Positions 25,575 to 38,799 are shown, numbered from the stretch's first letter. The stretch: DNA of 64,000 nt from an uncultured Verrucomicrobiae bacterium (GCA_963769025.1 CAVYKI010000009.1:320001-384000); one strand, 5' to 3'. Made by a program: numbers and translations. Notes: generated from the letters alone by a model not told the origin.

Positions 25575-25982
25575 CTAAAATGTGGCGTTCATGCGCTCCA
25601 CCACGCCTTTGCGGAACCAGATCGCGAGGTTGCGCACCGTGCGTCCCGAGGCGGAATCGTATGCAACGTTGTTGTAGTCCCAGGACTCGGTCGTCGCCGA
25701 AGTGTACACGCTTGCCGGCTTTCCGAGCAATGCGACCACCGCGCTCATGGGTTTGTCTTTCAACTGGACGCGCAGTTTCCGCAAATCGTGGGCAGGCCGT
25801 GAGGCGAGCAGCTTGCCGTAGCGCTGTTCGTAGCGCGCGGCGAGTTCACGGGATTCCGCGAGCTGCCGTTCCAGTTCCGCGCGCGATACGCGCGATTTTC
25901 CCGGTGCAGCGGTCTGGCACGCCGTCATCCCGCCGAGGCATGCGAAGGCAATGGCGACGGGAGTGAATGCATGCCGATTCAT
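25575..25982 (-). CDS. Small lipoprotein with SmpA/OmlA-like C-terminus
   Basis: Lipobox-like MTAC; VVALLGKP....ESWDY...IWFRKGVV. Confidence 0.6.
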   Translation of the reverse strand: MNRHAFTPVAIAFACLGGMTACQTAAPGKSRVSRAELERQLAESRELAARYEQRYGKLLASRPAHDLRKLRVQLKDKPMSAVVALLGKPASVYTSATTESWDYNNVAYDSASGRTVRNLAIWFRKGVVERMNATF

Positions 25983-26141
25983 AAGTTGGGTTGCTTTCGT
26001 TTCGCACGCGGCAGTCGCGTGCGGTGCTGCCGGGAGCATTCATTTTCACGCGATGCATCGCAAGCCGGAACGCGGCGCCTCGGAGCGCCGCCTGGCCTTT
26101 GGGGATGGTGATCGCGACTCATGCGTGCGATACATTCCCGG

Positions 26142-26726
26142 ATGAAACGCACCGTTTTCGTTTGGTTTGCCGCCGTCGCGCTGTCCGTCTCACGGGCCTT
26201 CGCACTCACGGACGACGACACAACCGCTCTCAAGCAACTCACCAAGGACTACGCGTCGTGGGATTATTCCGGGCATCCCGTGAGCTTTCGTGAGCGGCTC
26301 GACTACAAATCCTTCGAGGAGCAGCGGCACCTCCTGCTGAAACTGGCCGAGATCCAGTGGAACGGCATCTGGGGCGACTACTGGCGAAGGCTCGACGTCG
26401 GCGATCTCAAGACGCTCCGCGGCTTTACGCCCGAGGAGTTCTGGATTCGTTTCAACAGTGTGGTCAAACCCACCGGCGGCGCCGGAGGGAAAACGGGGAC
26501 AGGGCGGACCGGCGTGAACGTTCACGCAATCACCGAGGCGGGCGGTCTCGCCTACGTGGTTTATCAAGTCAGGCATTTCGGGAAGGATATTCCTTCCGAC
26601 GACAATTTCGAAGTCTTGCGCGCGCGCCGGGTGGATGGCGAATGGCGGGTGCTCGCGCTGCCGCGAGTCACCGCCGCCCTGCGCCGGCAACTGGAAGCCG
26701 CGCAGTCGAGGAAGCGGTCGCGCTGA
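26142..26726 (+). CDS. Hypothetical secreted protein
   Basis: Signal peptide ending AFA; C-terminal RRVDGEWRV (NTF2-like ending). Confidence 0.6.
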   Translation: MKRTVFVWFAAVALSVSRAFALTDDDTTALKQLTKDYASWDYSGHPVSFRERLDYKSFEEQRHLLLKLAEIQWNGIWGDYWRRLDVGDLKTLRGFTPEEFWIRFNSVVKPTGGAGGKTGTGRTGVNVHAITEAGGLAYVVYQVRHFGKDIPSDDNFEVLRARRVDGEWRVLALPRVTAALRRQLEAAQSRKRSR

Positions 26727-26755
26727 GGGACGCCCCGGTCTCGCGCTTGCCATCG

Positions 26756-27691
26756 TCAGCCGGCTGTTCGCATGCCGCGGAAAAGCCGTTCCGTGTCTTC
26801 ACGGCTGCAGAGCTGCGTCCCGGCGCTCATCACGCATGCCGCGCCGGCTGCGAGCCCAAAGCAGATCGCATCATGCACCGCGAGATCGCGCGCGAGCGCG
26901 AGCACGATTCCTGCGACCATGCTGTCTCCTGCGCCGACCTTGCTTTTCACCGGCACTGCCGGCGAACGCAGCCGCTCACAGCCGGCCGCCGACGCGACGA
27001 GCGCGCCTGCCGCGCCGAGCGACACCACGACGAACTCCGCGATTCCATCACGGACAATCTTCACGGCTGCCTCCTCCTGCTCATCCTCGCCTGACAGTTC
27101 ACATCCGCTCCATGCACGCAATTCCCGCAAGCTGGGCTTGACCAGATACACTTCTGCGCGGAGCGCTTCGCGCAAAGCGGGGCCCGAAGTATCGAGAATG
27201 ATCCGCACGCCGCGTGCCTTCGCGACCTTGGCCAGACGCGCATAGAAGTCGTCCGGAACACCTTGAGGCAGGCTTCCGCTGGCGACGAGAAAGTCGGGCA
27301 CCGGATCCAATTCCCGGACGACATCGAGGCATTGCGTCCACTCCGCCTCGCTCACAGCAGGCCCGGGAAGCACGAAGCGGTACTGCTGCCCCGTGGACTT
27401 TTCGAGGACGCAAAAATTCTCCCGGGTCCATGCCTGGATCGCTATCGAGCGGTGTTCGATAGCCTCCTGGTCGAGGAGCGAACCGAACACCTGCCCGGTC
27501 AATCCGCCGGCCAGGTAAATCGCCAGCGATTCACCGCCCAGTTTGCGAATTGCACGGGACACATTCACTCCGCCGCCGCCCGGTTCGTATGTGCCGGGCC
27601 CGCAACGCAGTTTGTGTTCGGCGAATACCTGATCGACCGAGCAATTCATGTCCACGGCCGGGTTCATCGTGAGGGTGAGCATGCGTTTCAT
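26756..27691 (-). CDS. pfkB: 1-phosphofructokinase-family hexose kinase
   Basis: TLTMNPAVD, GGGGVNVS, SGSLP, DTSG, VGAGDSMVAG. Confidence 0.9.
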   Translation of the reverse strand: MKRMLTLTMNPAVDMNCSVDQVFAEHKLRCGPGTYEPGGGGVNVSRAIRKLGGESLAIYLAGGLTGQVFGSLLDQEAIEHRSIAIQAWTRENFCVLEKSTGQQYRFVLPGPAVSEAEWTQCLDVVRELDPVPDFLVASGSLPQGVPDDFYARLAKVAKARGVRIILDTSGPALREALRAEVYLVKPSLRELRAWSGCELSGEDEQEEAAVKIVRDGIAEFVVVSLGAAGALVASAAGCERLRSPAVPVKSKVGAGDSMVAGIVLALARDLAVHDAICFGLAAGAACVMSAGTQLCSREDTERLFRGMRTAG

Positions 27692-27840
27692 CGGGTCACT
27701 GTATCGTGTCGCGATTTGGAATTCTCCAGACTTTGTGACGCGCGTGCGCCTCCGAGACAGTTGCGTCCGGCAATCGCATTGCCACGCGATTCGACCTCCT
27801 CGCTTGCGCGAGCGCCGGGTCCACACCTACTAATGCACTC

Positions 27841-31209
<3,369 letters not shown>

Positions 31210-31258
31210 CGCTTCCGCGCGCTTTTCCGCCGTCGTGCCCGATGCCACGTCTGAATCC

Positions 31259-31741
31259 ATGAAGAAATTCTGTCCCATTTTTTGGTCTTTGCTCGCGGGT
31301 TCGATCCTCGCGCTGGATTACGCGACGGGATATCTTCTGAACCTCGCACCGCTGCTTTTCTTTCCGGTAGCGTTGGCCGCATGGTTTAACGGAAGAATCT
31401 GCGGTTTGGCATTTGCGATCGTGGTGCCGCTGACGCATTTGGGATTCCACTTCCTATGGGCGTCTCCCGCATCCCTTTCCGATGCGATTGCGAATGCCGG
31501 GGTGAAGGTCGTGACGTTCTCGACCTTCGCCGTGCTCATCGATCTCGTGGCCCGGCAGAGGGCGGAGATCCGTGTGCTGAAAGGGTTTCTTCCGACCTGT
31601 GCATGGTGCAGGAAGATTCAGGATGAGGAGGGGAAATGGTCTCCGATTGAAATGTACATCGCGAGTCACTCCGAGGCGAAATTCAGTCACGGGATTTGCC
31701 CGGAATGTGCGGCAAAAAATTTCGGAGCATCCGCGAAGTAG
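31259..31741 (+). CDS. Membrane protein (DUF4118-like TM module) with C-terminal Cys-rich domain
   Basis: About 4 TM segments, then LPTCAWCRKIQD...W..IEMYI...FSHGICPEC. Confidence 0.75.
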   Translation: MKKFCPIFWSLLAGSILALDYATGYLLNLAPLLFFPVALAAWFNGRICGLAFAIVVPLTHLGFHFLWASPASLSDAIANAGVKVVTFSTFAVLIDLVARQRAEIRVLKGFLPTCAWCRKIQDEEGKWSPIEMYIASHSEAKFSHGICPECAAKNFGASAK

Positions 31742-31826
31742 GGGATTTCACCCGAAGCTGATTTCCCCGAATCGGAGGCAGTCGGTGCATACCGTCGAGC
31801 AACCTGCGCCGCTCGTGTGAGCTGCG

Positions 31827-32663
31827 TCATGGTCGCGGGGACGCCTGCCTGCGCATGAAATCGCTGACGTCCCGGAACCATTTCGAGTCGGGATCGATCG
31901 GGAAATTATTGTGCGTCGCGCCGGGCAGGACGATCAGCTTCTTCGGCCCTGCGTAGGCCTCGTGCAGTTTGCGTCCTTGGGCCGCGCCGAGGATTTCATC
32001 GTTCTCGGCGACGACGACCGCGACAGGGCGCTTATAGGTCGCGAGCGCAGCGATGTTATCGAACTTGTCCCGGAGCAGGAGCGTCACAGGGAGCCATGGG
32101 AACTTCTCCTGCGCGACTTCCGCGAGGCGCGCGAATGGAATCACCATGATGGCCCCGGCGATCTTGTCCGGCAGTGCGCCCGCGAGGGCCGCGGCGGTGC
32201 CGCTTCCAATGCTTTCCCCGAGAAGAACGATGGGGCGTTTGTCCGTGGCGAGGAGGTTTTCCACCGCCGCGCGTCCCGCGGTGATGAAGCTGTCCTTGCC
32301 TGGCGAGCCATTGCGCGAGCCGTAACCGGGGTACTCGACAATGAAGACTTCCCACGCGGCTCCGCCGGGCAGAGCGCCGAACGCATCGGCATAGTAGCTC
32401 CGATCGATCGCACTTCCCGCGTTGCCGTGAAAAACGACCAACCGGCCGGTGGCGTGCGGAGCGGGTCGCTTCCAGCCGATGAGCATTCCGTGTGCATCGC
32501 GCCACGGTTCCAGCGCGCAATCCGCCGCGCGCGCGAGTGCTGCGGACTCGGTTTGTTTCGTGGGAAAGTAGAGCATTTTATTCTGGCATCCGGCGACGAG
32601 CAGACAGAGGCCGACATACACGAGCACGCATACGCGGGCGAGTCTGAGGAAGGGGCGTTTCAC
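31827..32663 (-). CDS. Alpha/beta hydrolase
   Basis: Membrane anchor, MLYFP, FHGNAG, EYPGYG, GESIG, D and HNN; GTG start chosen. Confidence 0.85.
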   Translation of the reverse strand: MKRPFLRLARVCVLVYVGLCLLVAGCQNKMLYFPTKQTESAALARAADCALEPWRDAHGMLIGWKRPAPHATGRLVVFHGNAGSAIDRSYYADAFGALPGGAAWEVFIVEYPGYGSRNGSPGKDSFITAGRAAVENLLATDKRPIVLLGESIGSGTAAALAGALPDKIAGAIMVIPFARLAEVAQEKFPWLPVTLLLRDKFDNIAALATYKRPVAVVVAENDEILGAAQGRKLHEAYAGPKKLIVLPGATHNNFPIDPDSKWFRDVSDFMRRQASPRP

Positions 32664-32833
32664 GGTTTGCCCGCCCTGATACGGCGGACTGGGCGGTTTG
32701 AGAAGCACCCACATCGGTCCCAGTGCGGTCATCACCCCGGCGCGCTTCATCAGCAACGGCAAGCGTGACACGGTGAATCCTGCAATTACCGCTCGTAACT
32801 TGGCCCGCGGGGTGGGACGGTGCGTTCACAACA

Positions 32834-32968
32834 ATGGCAAAACCCAACTACCAGTTTGAAAAACGTCGGCGTGAAATGGACAAGAAGGCGAAGAAGGCCG
32901 AGAAGCTGAAGCGCAAGGATGCGCCGGCGACTCCTGAGACGCCCGACGCCACGCCCGATCCGGTTTAG
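32834..32968 (+). CDS. 44-aa basic small protein
   Basis: MAKPNYQFEKRRREMDKKAKKAEKLKRKDAPATPETPDATPDPV; fills the gap between two minus-strand genes; below the ORF-track size cutoff. Confidence 0.75.
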   Translation: MAKPNYQFEKRRREMDKKAKKAEKLKRKDAPATPETPDATPDPV

Positions 32969-32984
32969 TCCGCAGGCAGCGGCA

Positions 32985-33722
32985 TCAACGTCCGCCGATG
33001 CGCGAGGTGCGCACTTCGGGACGGTACGTGATTTTCACGAGGAGATCCCCGCGTCCTCCACGCGGCTTTGGCAGTCCCTCGCCGGGAATGCGCAGCATGG
33101 CGCCGCGGCCGACGCCCGGCGGAATCTGCACACGCAGCATCGCACCGGTGATTCCCTGGAGGCTTTCGGAGCCGCCCTGCGTGGCGCGTCCGGCGCTGAT
33201 GCGCAGGTCGCACCGCAGGTCCGAGCCTTGCGCCTTGAAGCGAAAACCCGGCGCGGCCTTCACCCGGACCGTCACCGTGCCCCCCTCGAAAGGCTCCTCT
33301 CGCGGCAGGCGGAAGCGGGCACCCGGTGCGGTCCCCGGGGGCACTTCGAGGCGGAAGATTTCCACGCCGCGCGGATTTGCCGGATCAGTCACGCGCACAT
33401 CCATCGACGTGCCGCGCAGGAAATCCTCCACCCGCAGGCGCACGTCGTGCGAAATGTTTTTCTCGATTCGCGAGATCGGACGTTCGTGCGGAGGTGTCGC
33501 CGCGTCGAGTTCGCGATCATACGCCAGCCGTCGCACCGGATTGCCGAGGACTTCATGCGCCGCGTTCAACGCCTGCGTGCGGGCCACGGCTTCTGGCGAG
33601 TCCGGGTTCACGTCCGGGTGATGCTTTTTCGTCAGCGACCAGTAGGCGGTGCGAATCTGCGCGGCCGTGCAACGCCGCCCGAGTCCGAGCGCTGCGTAGT
33701 GGTTGGGTTCAGCGTTTTCCAA
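32985..33722 (-). CDS. DnaJ class B / CbpA-like protein
   Basis: J domain with HPD, then DnaJ C-terminal domain (GEGLP...RGDLLV); no zinc finger. Confidence 0.85.
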   Translation of the reverse strand: MENAEPNHYAALGLGRRCTAAQIRTAYWSLTKKHHPDVNPDSPEAVARTQALNAAHEVLGNPVRRLAYDRELDAATPPHERPISRIEKNISHDVRLRVEDFLRGTSMDVRVTDPANPRGVEIFRLEVPPGTAPGARFRLPREEPFEGGTVTVRVKAAPGFRFKAQGSDLRCDLRISAGRATQGGSESLQGITGAMLRVQIPPGVGRGAMLRIPGEGLPKPRGGRGDLLVKITYRPEVRTSRIGGR

Positions 33723-33731
33723 GGCGCGATC

Positions 33732-34292
33732 CTAACGCGCATGTGCCGCTTCGCCAGCTTCAACGACAGGGGCCGACGCATTCGCATTGGTGGATAAGGC
33801 GGGTCCGGCTGCATTTCTGGCCGTTGCTGCGAGGAGGAGCTGGTCTGTGAGGTACAGCCTGCGTGCCAGCTCCCGCGCGAGGTTCATCATCAGGAGTGCA
33901 AACAGCTCCAGGTTTTCGTGCCTCAATTCGATCAGCGCCTTTTTTGAAAGCACCAGCAGCTCGCTGTCGGAAGCGGCGATGGCGGTGGCGGTATGCGTGT
34001 TCATCGACATGAGCGAGGCTTCGCCGAAGCATTCGCCCACGTGGAGCTCGTGCTTGTTGAGGACGACTTGGTTTTCGGTGATCTGGAGGTCGATCGTTCC
34101 GCTTTTGACGATGTAGATGTGCATCGGCTCGTCGCCCTTCCGGAAGACGACCGAACTGGCTGGCAGCGTCCAGATTTCCAAGCGTCGCAAGATGGTGGCG
34201 AGTTGCGATTCGGTCACTCCGCCGAAGATGCGCAATTGCGAAATGATCGAACCTACGGATTCAAAGTCGGTGAGCGGGGAGGTTCGATGCAC
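33732..34292 (-). CDS. Stand-alone cyclic-nucleotide-binding domain protein
   Basis: IFGG, VFRKGD, YIVKSG, FGEASL, TATAIA; no HTH. Confidence 0.8.
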   Translation of the reverse strand: MHRTSPLTDFESVGSIISQLRIFGGVTESQLATILRRLEIWTLPASSVVFRKGDEPMHIYIVKSGTIDLQITENQVVLNKHELHVGECFGEASLMSMNTHTATAIAASDSELLVLSKKALIELRHENLELFALLMMNLARELARRLYLTDQLLLAATARNAAGPALSTNANASAPVVEAGEAAHAR

Positions 34293-34322
34293 GGATGTCT
34301 CTAATGGACATCCCGGTGTCGT

Positions 34323-35411
34323 TCAAGGTGGGAAGAGGACTGACCCGACGCGATGCGATCCGCCGCCGAGGAGCGCGCGCCGCTCATCCATCGTCATTTT
34401 CCGCATCGCTTTGACGGCTGCATAGAATGACCGGATGTCACCCTTGTGAAGGCTGAGCAGGCGCTCAAAGCCGGGGACGAGTTCGTAATAGCTGGCCACG
34501 GAGTTGAGCAGGGCGTTGTTCCCGGGTTTTGCGAACATCCGATCGTAGCGTGAATCGTTCCGCCAGCGCGAACGGATCGTCGCATAGCCATCATGCATGC
34601 GCCGGAATGCCTCGGCCTTCTCGCGTCGCATCTCCTCCGGACTGCGGGTCTCATCTGCGTATAGGCTCTTCAGCTTGCGCCGGGTATCGAGCAACAGGCG
34701 GACGATCTCGCGATCCTTGCGCAGGCTCGTTTCGTGGCTGGCGAGGGCTCGCTCGTCTCCCTTCGCTTTCAACCATCGACGGACGCCGTGTTCAGCATTC
34801 GCCGTCGCGAACGCCTCGTTGAAATCCGTGTCGCCGGGGAAAAACACCTCCACGTGCGTCAGTTCGTGAAACAGGAGTTCGGCAAGCTGCGCATCGCTTC
34901 CGTGGAAAAATGTATTGAGCACCGGATCTCGGAACCATCCCAACGTCGAATAAGCCTCCACGCCTCCGACGTGCGTCTCAAAGCCCTGCGCTCTCAGCCG
35001 CGCGGCTTCCTCCTCGGCCGCCTGTTCGGAAAAGTAGCCGCGGTATTCCAGATTTCCCAGGAACGGATACCACCACGTCTTGCCCTCGACGGAAAATTCC
35101 GGCGCGGCGTAAACCACCCACGAAACGTAACGCCGGGCGAGATCGGTGTAGCGATCATAGATCCGATCGGCTGGCAGTTGCAGTTCGGATCGCGCAAACG
35201 CACGCACCTCCTGCACCAGCGCCAGTTTCCGCTTCGTCTCGTCGGAAACCTTCGCGTCCCGCGTTACCGCAGGCATCGTCCGGGCCTTCGCCAGTATTTC
35301 GAATTGGCCGTGGATCGCCTGCGCGTAATATTTCCCCGTGCCGCAGCCGGAAAGCCCCACGCATAGCAGGAGCGCAAAAAGCGAGGCGCAGCGGTGGGGA
35401 CGGCTTTCCAT
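34323..35411 (-). CDS. Putative zinc aminopeptidase lipoprotein
   Basis: Lipobox LSGC, YRGYF, AYSTLGWF.DP, HELTH, FNEAFA. Confidence 0.85.
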   Translation of the reverse strand: MESRPHRCASLFALLLCVGLSGCGTGKYYAQAIHGQFEILAKARTMPAVTRDAKVSDETKRKLALVQEVRAFARSELQLPADRIYDRYTDLARRYVSWVVYAAPEFSVEGKTWWYPFLGNLEYRGYFSEQAAEEEAARLRAQGFETHVGGVEAYSTLGWFRDPVLNTFFHGSDAQLAELLFHELTHVEVFFPGDTDFNEAFATANAEHGVRRWLKAKGDERALASHETSLRKDREIVRLLLDTRRKLKSLYADETRSPEEMRREKAEAFRRMHDGYATIRSRWRNDSRYDRMFAKPGNNALLNSVASYYELVPGFERLLSLHKGDIRSFYAAVKAMRKMTMDERRALLGGGSHRVGSVLFPP

Positions 35412-35476
35412 GGCGTGGATGTAGGGCCGTTTTTGGAACGCGGCAATCGACGGCTTGACGATCCGATTCGGTGATT

Positions 35477-36019
35477 TCAGCGATGCGGACTCGCGGGAGT
35501 GACGCGAAATTCCTGCTCGAGCAGCGCCGAGAGTTTCTGCATTGCCAGGGCGAGACGTTCGCGGGTTTCCAGCACGGCTGCGTCCGAGATCGGATCAAGC
35601 GGAATGGCCATCGCGGTTTCGTAACGCTGCGTGAGCGGATGTTTCGCGTTCGTTCCGCCGGTGTTCTGCAGCAAGGCGTTGACCTCCGCGACGAGTTGCA
35701 GCGCGAAGTCGATCTTCTCCCGTGCCGTCGCTTCGGTGATTTCGCCCGATGCCACGCGCTGCAATTGGCGGCACTCGAAAATCCGGCAGCGCTCCGGGCG
35801 TGCCGCATAGATGGAGCATTGTGAATCCCGGTGCGCCGGACAGGGCTGCACGATGTGGCTCTGCCCGCGTTTGTGTTTCAGCTTCAGTCCCAGCGCCGCG
35901 AGGGCCTTCGGCGAATCCCCGGGCTGCAGCCGCACGATTTGGAACATCACGCCGCTGCAGCACATCCCGCAGCCTCCGCACAGGCGGGAGGCGGCGGAGG
36001 AAGTATCAGGCGTGATCAT
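35477..36019 (-). CDS. YkgJ-family cysteine cluster protein
   Basis: CGGCGMCC, PCPAH, CSIYAARPERCRIFEC. Confidence 0.85.
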   Translation of the reverse strand: MITPDTSSAASRLCGGCGMCCSGVMFQIVRLQPGDSPKALAALGLKLKHKRGQSHIVQPCPAHRDSQCSIYAARPERCRIFECRQLQRVASGEITEATAREKIDFALQLVAEVNALLQNTGGTNAKHPLTQRYETAMAIPLDPISDAAVLETRERLALAMQKLSALLEQEFRVTPASPHR

Positions 36020-36134
36020 GCGATGCCGTCCAGCCGTAGGGCGAGCGGCACATGGCATCAAGCCCTTCGCGGCCTGCGCCAGCGGGAGGAATATCCTCCC
36101 CAACGGCGTCGACGGCGGCCAGTGTGCGCAGTCC

Positions 36135-36977
36135 ATGGCCATCCTCGGCAAACGCAGCACACTCCCGATCATCCGGCAGGCTCCGCCCGGTTATTACCTC
36201 GACGGCGGCACGCTCGGCGAAATCCTCCTGCCCGGCCGCTACGTCCCGCCGACCGCGATGCCCGGCGGAATGATCGACGTCTTCGTGTACCGCGATTCCG
36301 AGGACCGGCTGGTCGCCACCACCGAAACGCCGCTCGCCATGGTTGGCGACTTCGCCTTTCTCCGCGTCGTCAGCCAGACTCCCAGCATCGGCGCGTTTCT
36401 CGATTGGGGACTGGAAAAGGACCTGCTCCTCCCTCGGCGCGAATACGCCGGCGGCATCCGCACCGGTGAACGCGCGCTCGTCCACGTGATGCTCGACGAA
36501 AAATCCGATCGCATCGTCGCCACCGCCCGTCTGAACCGCCACCTCAACCTCACGGCGCCGAACTACGCCGAGGGACAGGCCGTGAAGCTGATCGTCGAAA
36601 GCGAGACGCCGCTCGGCTACAAGGCGATCATCAATTCCGCACACACGGGCCTCCTTTACCGCGCCGAACTCTCCGGCCCGCTGAGCATCGGCCAGTCGCT
36701 CGACGGCTTCATCCGCACCGTCCGGCCCGACGGGAAAATCGACCTCGGCCTTGATCCCGCCGGACATCGCCGCCTCGCGCCGCTCTCCATGCAGATCCTG
36801 TCCGCGCTGAAGAATGCCGGCGGCCGCCTCCCGTATCACGACGGTAGTTCGCCCGACGAAATCCGCGAGGCGCTCGGCATGAGCAAGAAGGCCTTCAAGC
36901 AAGCCATCGGCGTGCTTTTCCGCGAGCGGCGCATCGTGATCGAGCCCGACGGCATCCGCCTCGTGAAGGCCGGCTAG
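36135..36977 (+). CDS. cvfB: CvfB-family S1 RNA-binding protein
   Basis: VYRDSEDRLVAT, GAFLDWGLEKDLL, DGKIDL, SSPDEI...MSKKAFKQAIG. Confidence 0.88.
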   Translation: MAILGKRSTLPIIRQAPPGYYLDGGTLGEILLPGRYVPPTAMPGGMIDVFVYRDSEDRLVATTETPLAMVGDFAFLRVVSQTPSIGAFLDWGLEKDLLLPRREYAGGIRTGERALVHVMLDEKSDRIVATARLNRHLNLTAPNYAEGQAVKLIVESETPLGYKAIINSAHTGLLYRAELSGPLSIGQSLDGFIRTVRPDGKIDLGLDPAGHRRLAPLSMQILSALKNAGGRLPYHDGSSPDEIREALGMSKKAFKQAIGVLFRERRIVIEPDGIRLVKAG

Positions 36978-37118
36978 CAGCGAGCAAGTCAGTCAAAAGA
37001 AGAGCAAGGGCCGCCAACCCACGTGGAGCCGCCGATGGGCGTCGATGTCGTAATGATACTGGCGGGCTCCGTCCGTGGTGCCCGTTGTCCGAAACCAGAA
37101 CAACCAACCCCAAACTCC

Positions 37119-37418
37119 ATGAACACCTTCATCGCTCTCGTCAATTTCACGCCACAGGGCCTTCAAAACGTTCACGACTCGCCTCACCGCGCCGCTGCTT
37201 TCAAGGCCGCAGCGAAGAAGGTCGGAGTCAAAGTTCGAGAGATCTATTGGACCCTCGGTGCATACGATGGCGTCATCGTCTTTGACGCCGAATCCGACAA
37301 GGCAGCCACTGCCGCGATGCTTGGGCTGTCAGGCTTGGGAAACGTCCACACGCAGACCCTGCGGGCGTTTGGCGTGGCCGATTTCGGCGCGATTCTCGAG
37401 AAAACCCCTCGGCTGTAA
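37119..37418 (+). CDS. GYD domain protein
   Basis: FTPQG, YWTLGAYDG, GNVHTQTLRAF. Confidence 0.88.
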   Translation: MNTFIALVNFTPQGLQNVHDSPHRAAAFKAAAKKVGVKVREIYWTLGAYDGVIVFDAESDKAATAAMLGLSGLGNVHTQTLRAFGVADFGAILEKTPRL

Positions 37419-37505
37419 ATTCGCCGCTCCACCGCGCCGCGGCACACGAACCGGTCCGGAGCATTCGACGTTGTGCGCGGCGTGCGGATCCGGCAGCATT
37501 CAGGC

Positions 37506-38021
37506 ATGAAAATCCTGACGCGGATTATTCTCCTCGCGGCGTTCGCATGTTCGTTTTCCGCATGCCTTTTCAAGGAGCCTGTCTTCACCGAAGGTTTCGC
37601 CAAGGCGGACGCGGCGCTCGGCGGCGTTTGGGCGACTCAGGGCGAGGATGGGGATCCGCGGAAGATCGAATTCGCCGTGTGCGCGCCGCTCGACGACACT
37701 CGCTACATCCTGAACCATCCCACGGGTGAAAAAGACGCAATTTATTACGAGGCGATGCCGCTAAAAATTCGCGAACGCACCCTGCTCCAGTTGCGCGTGC
37801 TTGCGTCGTTCAGCGACGGCTTGCCGAAGTCCGATGCGGAGCGCTACACGCTGGTCTGGATCGAAAAGGATGGGGAAAAACTCCGCATCCGTGCGCTCGG
37901 CGGCGACGGAGCGAAGAACAAGGGACCGGCGGAGATTCGCAAGGAACTGGAGACGCAGTCCTCCGATTGGGGCAGGCTCTTCGGCGAGCCCGTCGTTTTC
38001 CATCGGCTGAAGGACCGCTAA
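37506..38021 (+). CDS. Hypothetical lipoprotein
   Basis: Lipobox FSAC, D..L.G.W motif; upstream TTG-17-CAGCAT-6-ATG. Confidence 0.7.
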   Translation: MKILTRIILLAAFACSFSACLFKEPVFTEGFAKADAALGGVWATQGEDGDPRKIEFAVCAPLDDTRYILNHPTGEKDAIYYEAMPLKIRERTLLQLRVLASFSDGLPKSDAERYTLVWIEKDGEKLRIRALGGDGAKNKGPAEIRKELETQSSDWGRLFGEPVVFHRLKDR

Positions 38022-38028
38022 CGCCGCT

Positions 38029-38799
38029 TCACACCTCGAAGCGCGCGTCGCGAAGCGCTGGAAACTCCGTGCGCCATGCGGCGACATCGGCATGGGAAAT
38101 CGAGGCCGTGAGGATTGTCTCGGCGGTTCCAGCGTCGGCGATGATTTCGCCGTGCGGGTTTACGACAATGCTGCGTCCGCAATACTCGAAGCGCGGCTCG
38201 CGCCCGGTGCGGTTCACGCCGACAACGAATGCCAGGTTTTCGATCGCGCGCGCTTTCAGCAGCGTGATCCAGTGCTCGATGCGCTTCACGGGCCATGCGG
38301 CGATTTCAACGAAAAGATCCGCGCCGCGGCGCGTGGCCTCGCGGAACAGTTCAGGAAATCGCAGGTCGTAGCAGATAAGCGGCGCGATGGTGAAATCGCC
38401 GAGTCGAAACAGGACAGGCTCGGTGCCGGCCTCGTGCACGTCGGTTTCTCCCGCTCCGCTGAATGGCCGCTGCTTCACGTACCGCGCGAGCAGCGTGCCG
38501 TCTGCGGCGAATGTGACGGACTCGTTGCGTCCGCGTCCGTCCGTGCCGAGGTTGATGACGCCACCGGTCACCGTGGAGCGATGCCGCATCGCGAGTGTGC
38601 GCAAAAATTCCTCCGTCTCTCGCGTCGCGCCTTGCAACGTCTTGGAAAGATCGAGGCTGAAGCCGGTGGAAAACATTTCCGGCAATACGATGAGCGAACC
38701 TTCAGTCGGTGGCTTGGCCGTGAGGAGGCGCTCGACCTTCGCGAAATTCCTGACCGGGTCCTCCCAGACGCTGTCGAGTTGGATGGCGGCGATGTTCAT
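38029..38799 (-). CDS. Carbon-nitrogen hydrolase (nitrilase family)
   Basis: E-K-C triad: LPEMF, YVK, ICYDLRFPE; ARAIEN. Confidence 0.9.
   Translation of the reverse strand: MNIAAIQLDSVWEDPVRNFAKVERLLTAKPPTEGSLIVLPEMFSTGFSLDLSKTLQGATRETEEFLRTLAMRHRSTVTGGVINLGTDGRGRNESVTFAADGTLLARYVKQRPFSGAGETDVHEAGTEPVLFRLGDFTIAPLICYDLRFPELFREATRRGADLFVEIAAWPVKRIEHWITLLKARAIENLAFVVGVNRTGREPRFEYCGRSIVVNPHGEIIADAGTAETILTASISHADVAAWRTEFPALRDARFEV

Noticed and set aside
37437..37487. Imperfect hairpin after the GYD gene
   Set aside because: No U tract, GC-only pairing, and it overlaps the putative promoter of the next gene; probably chance
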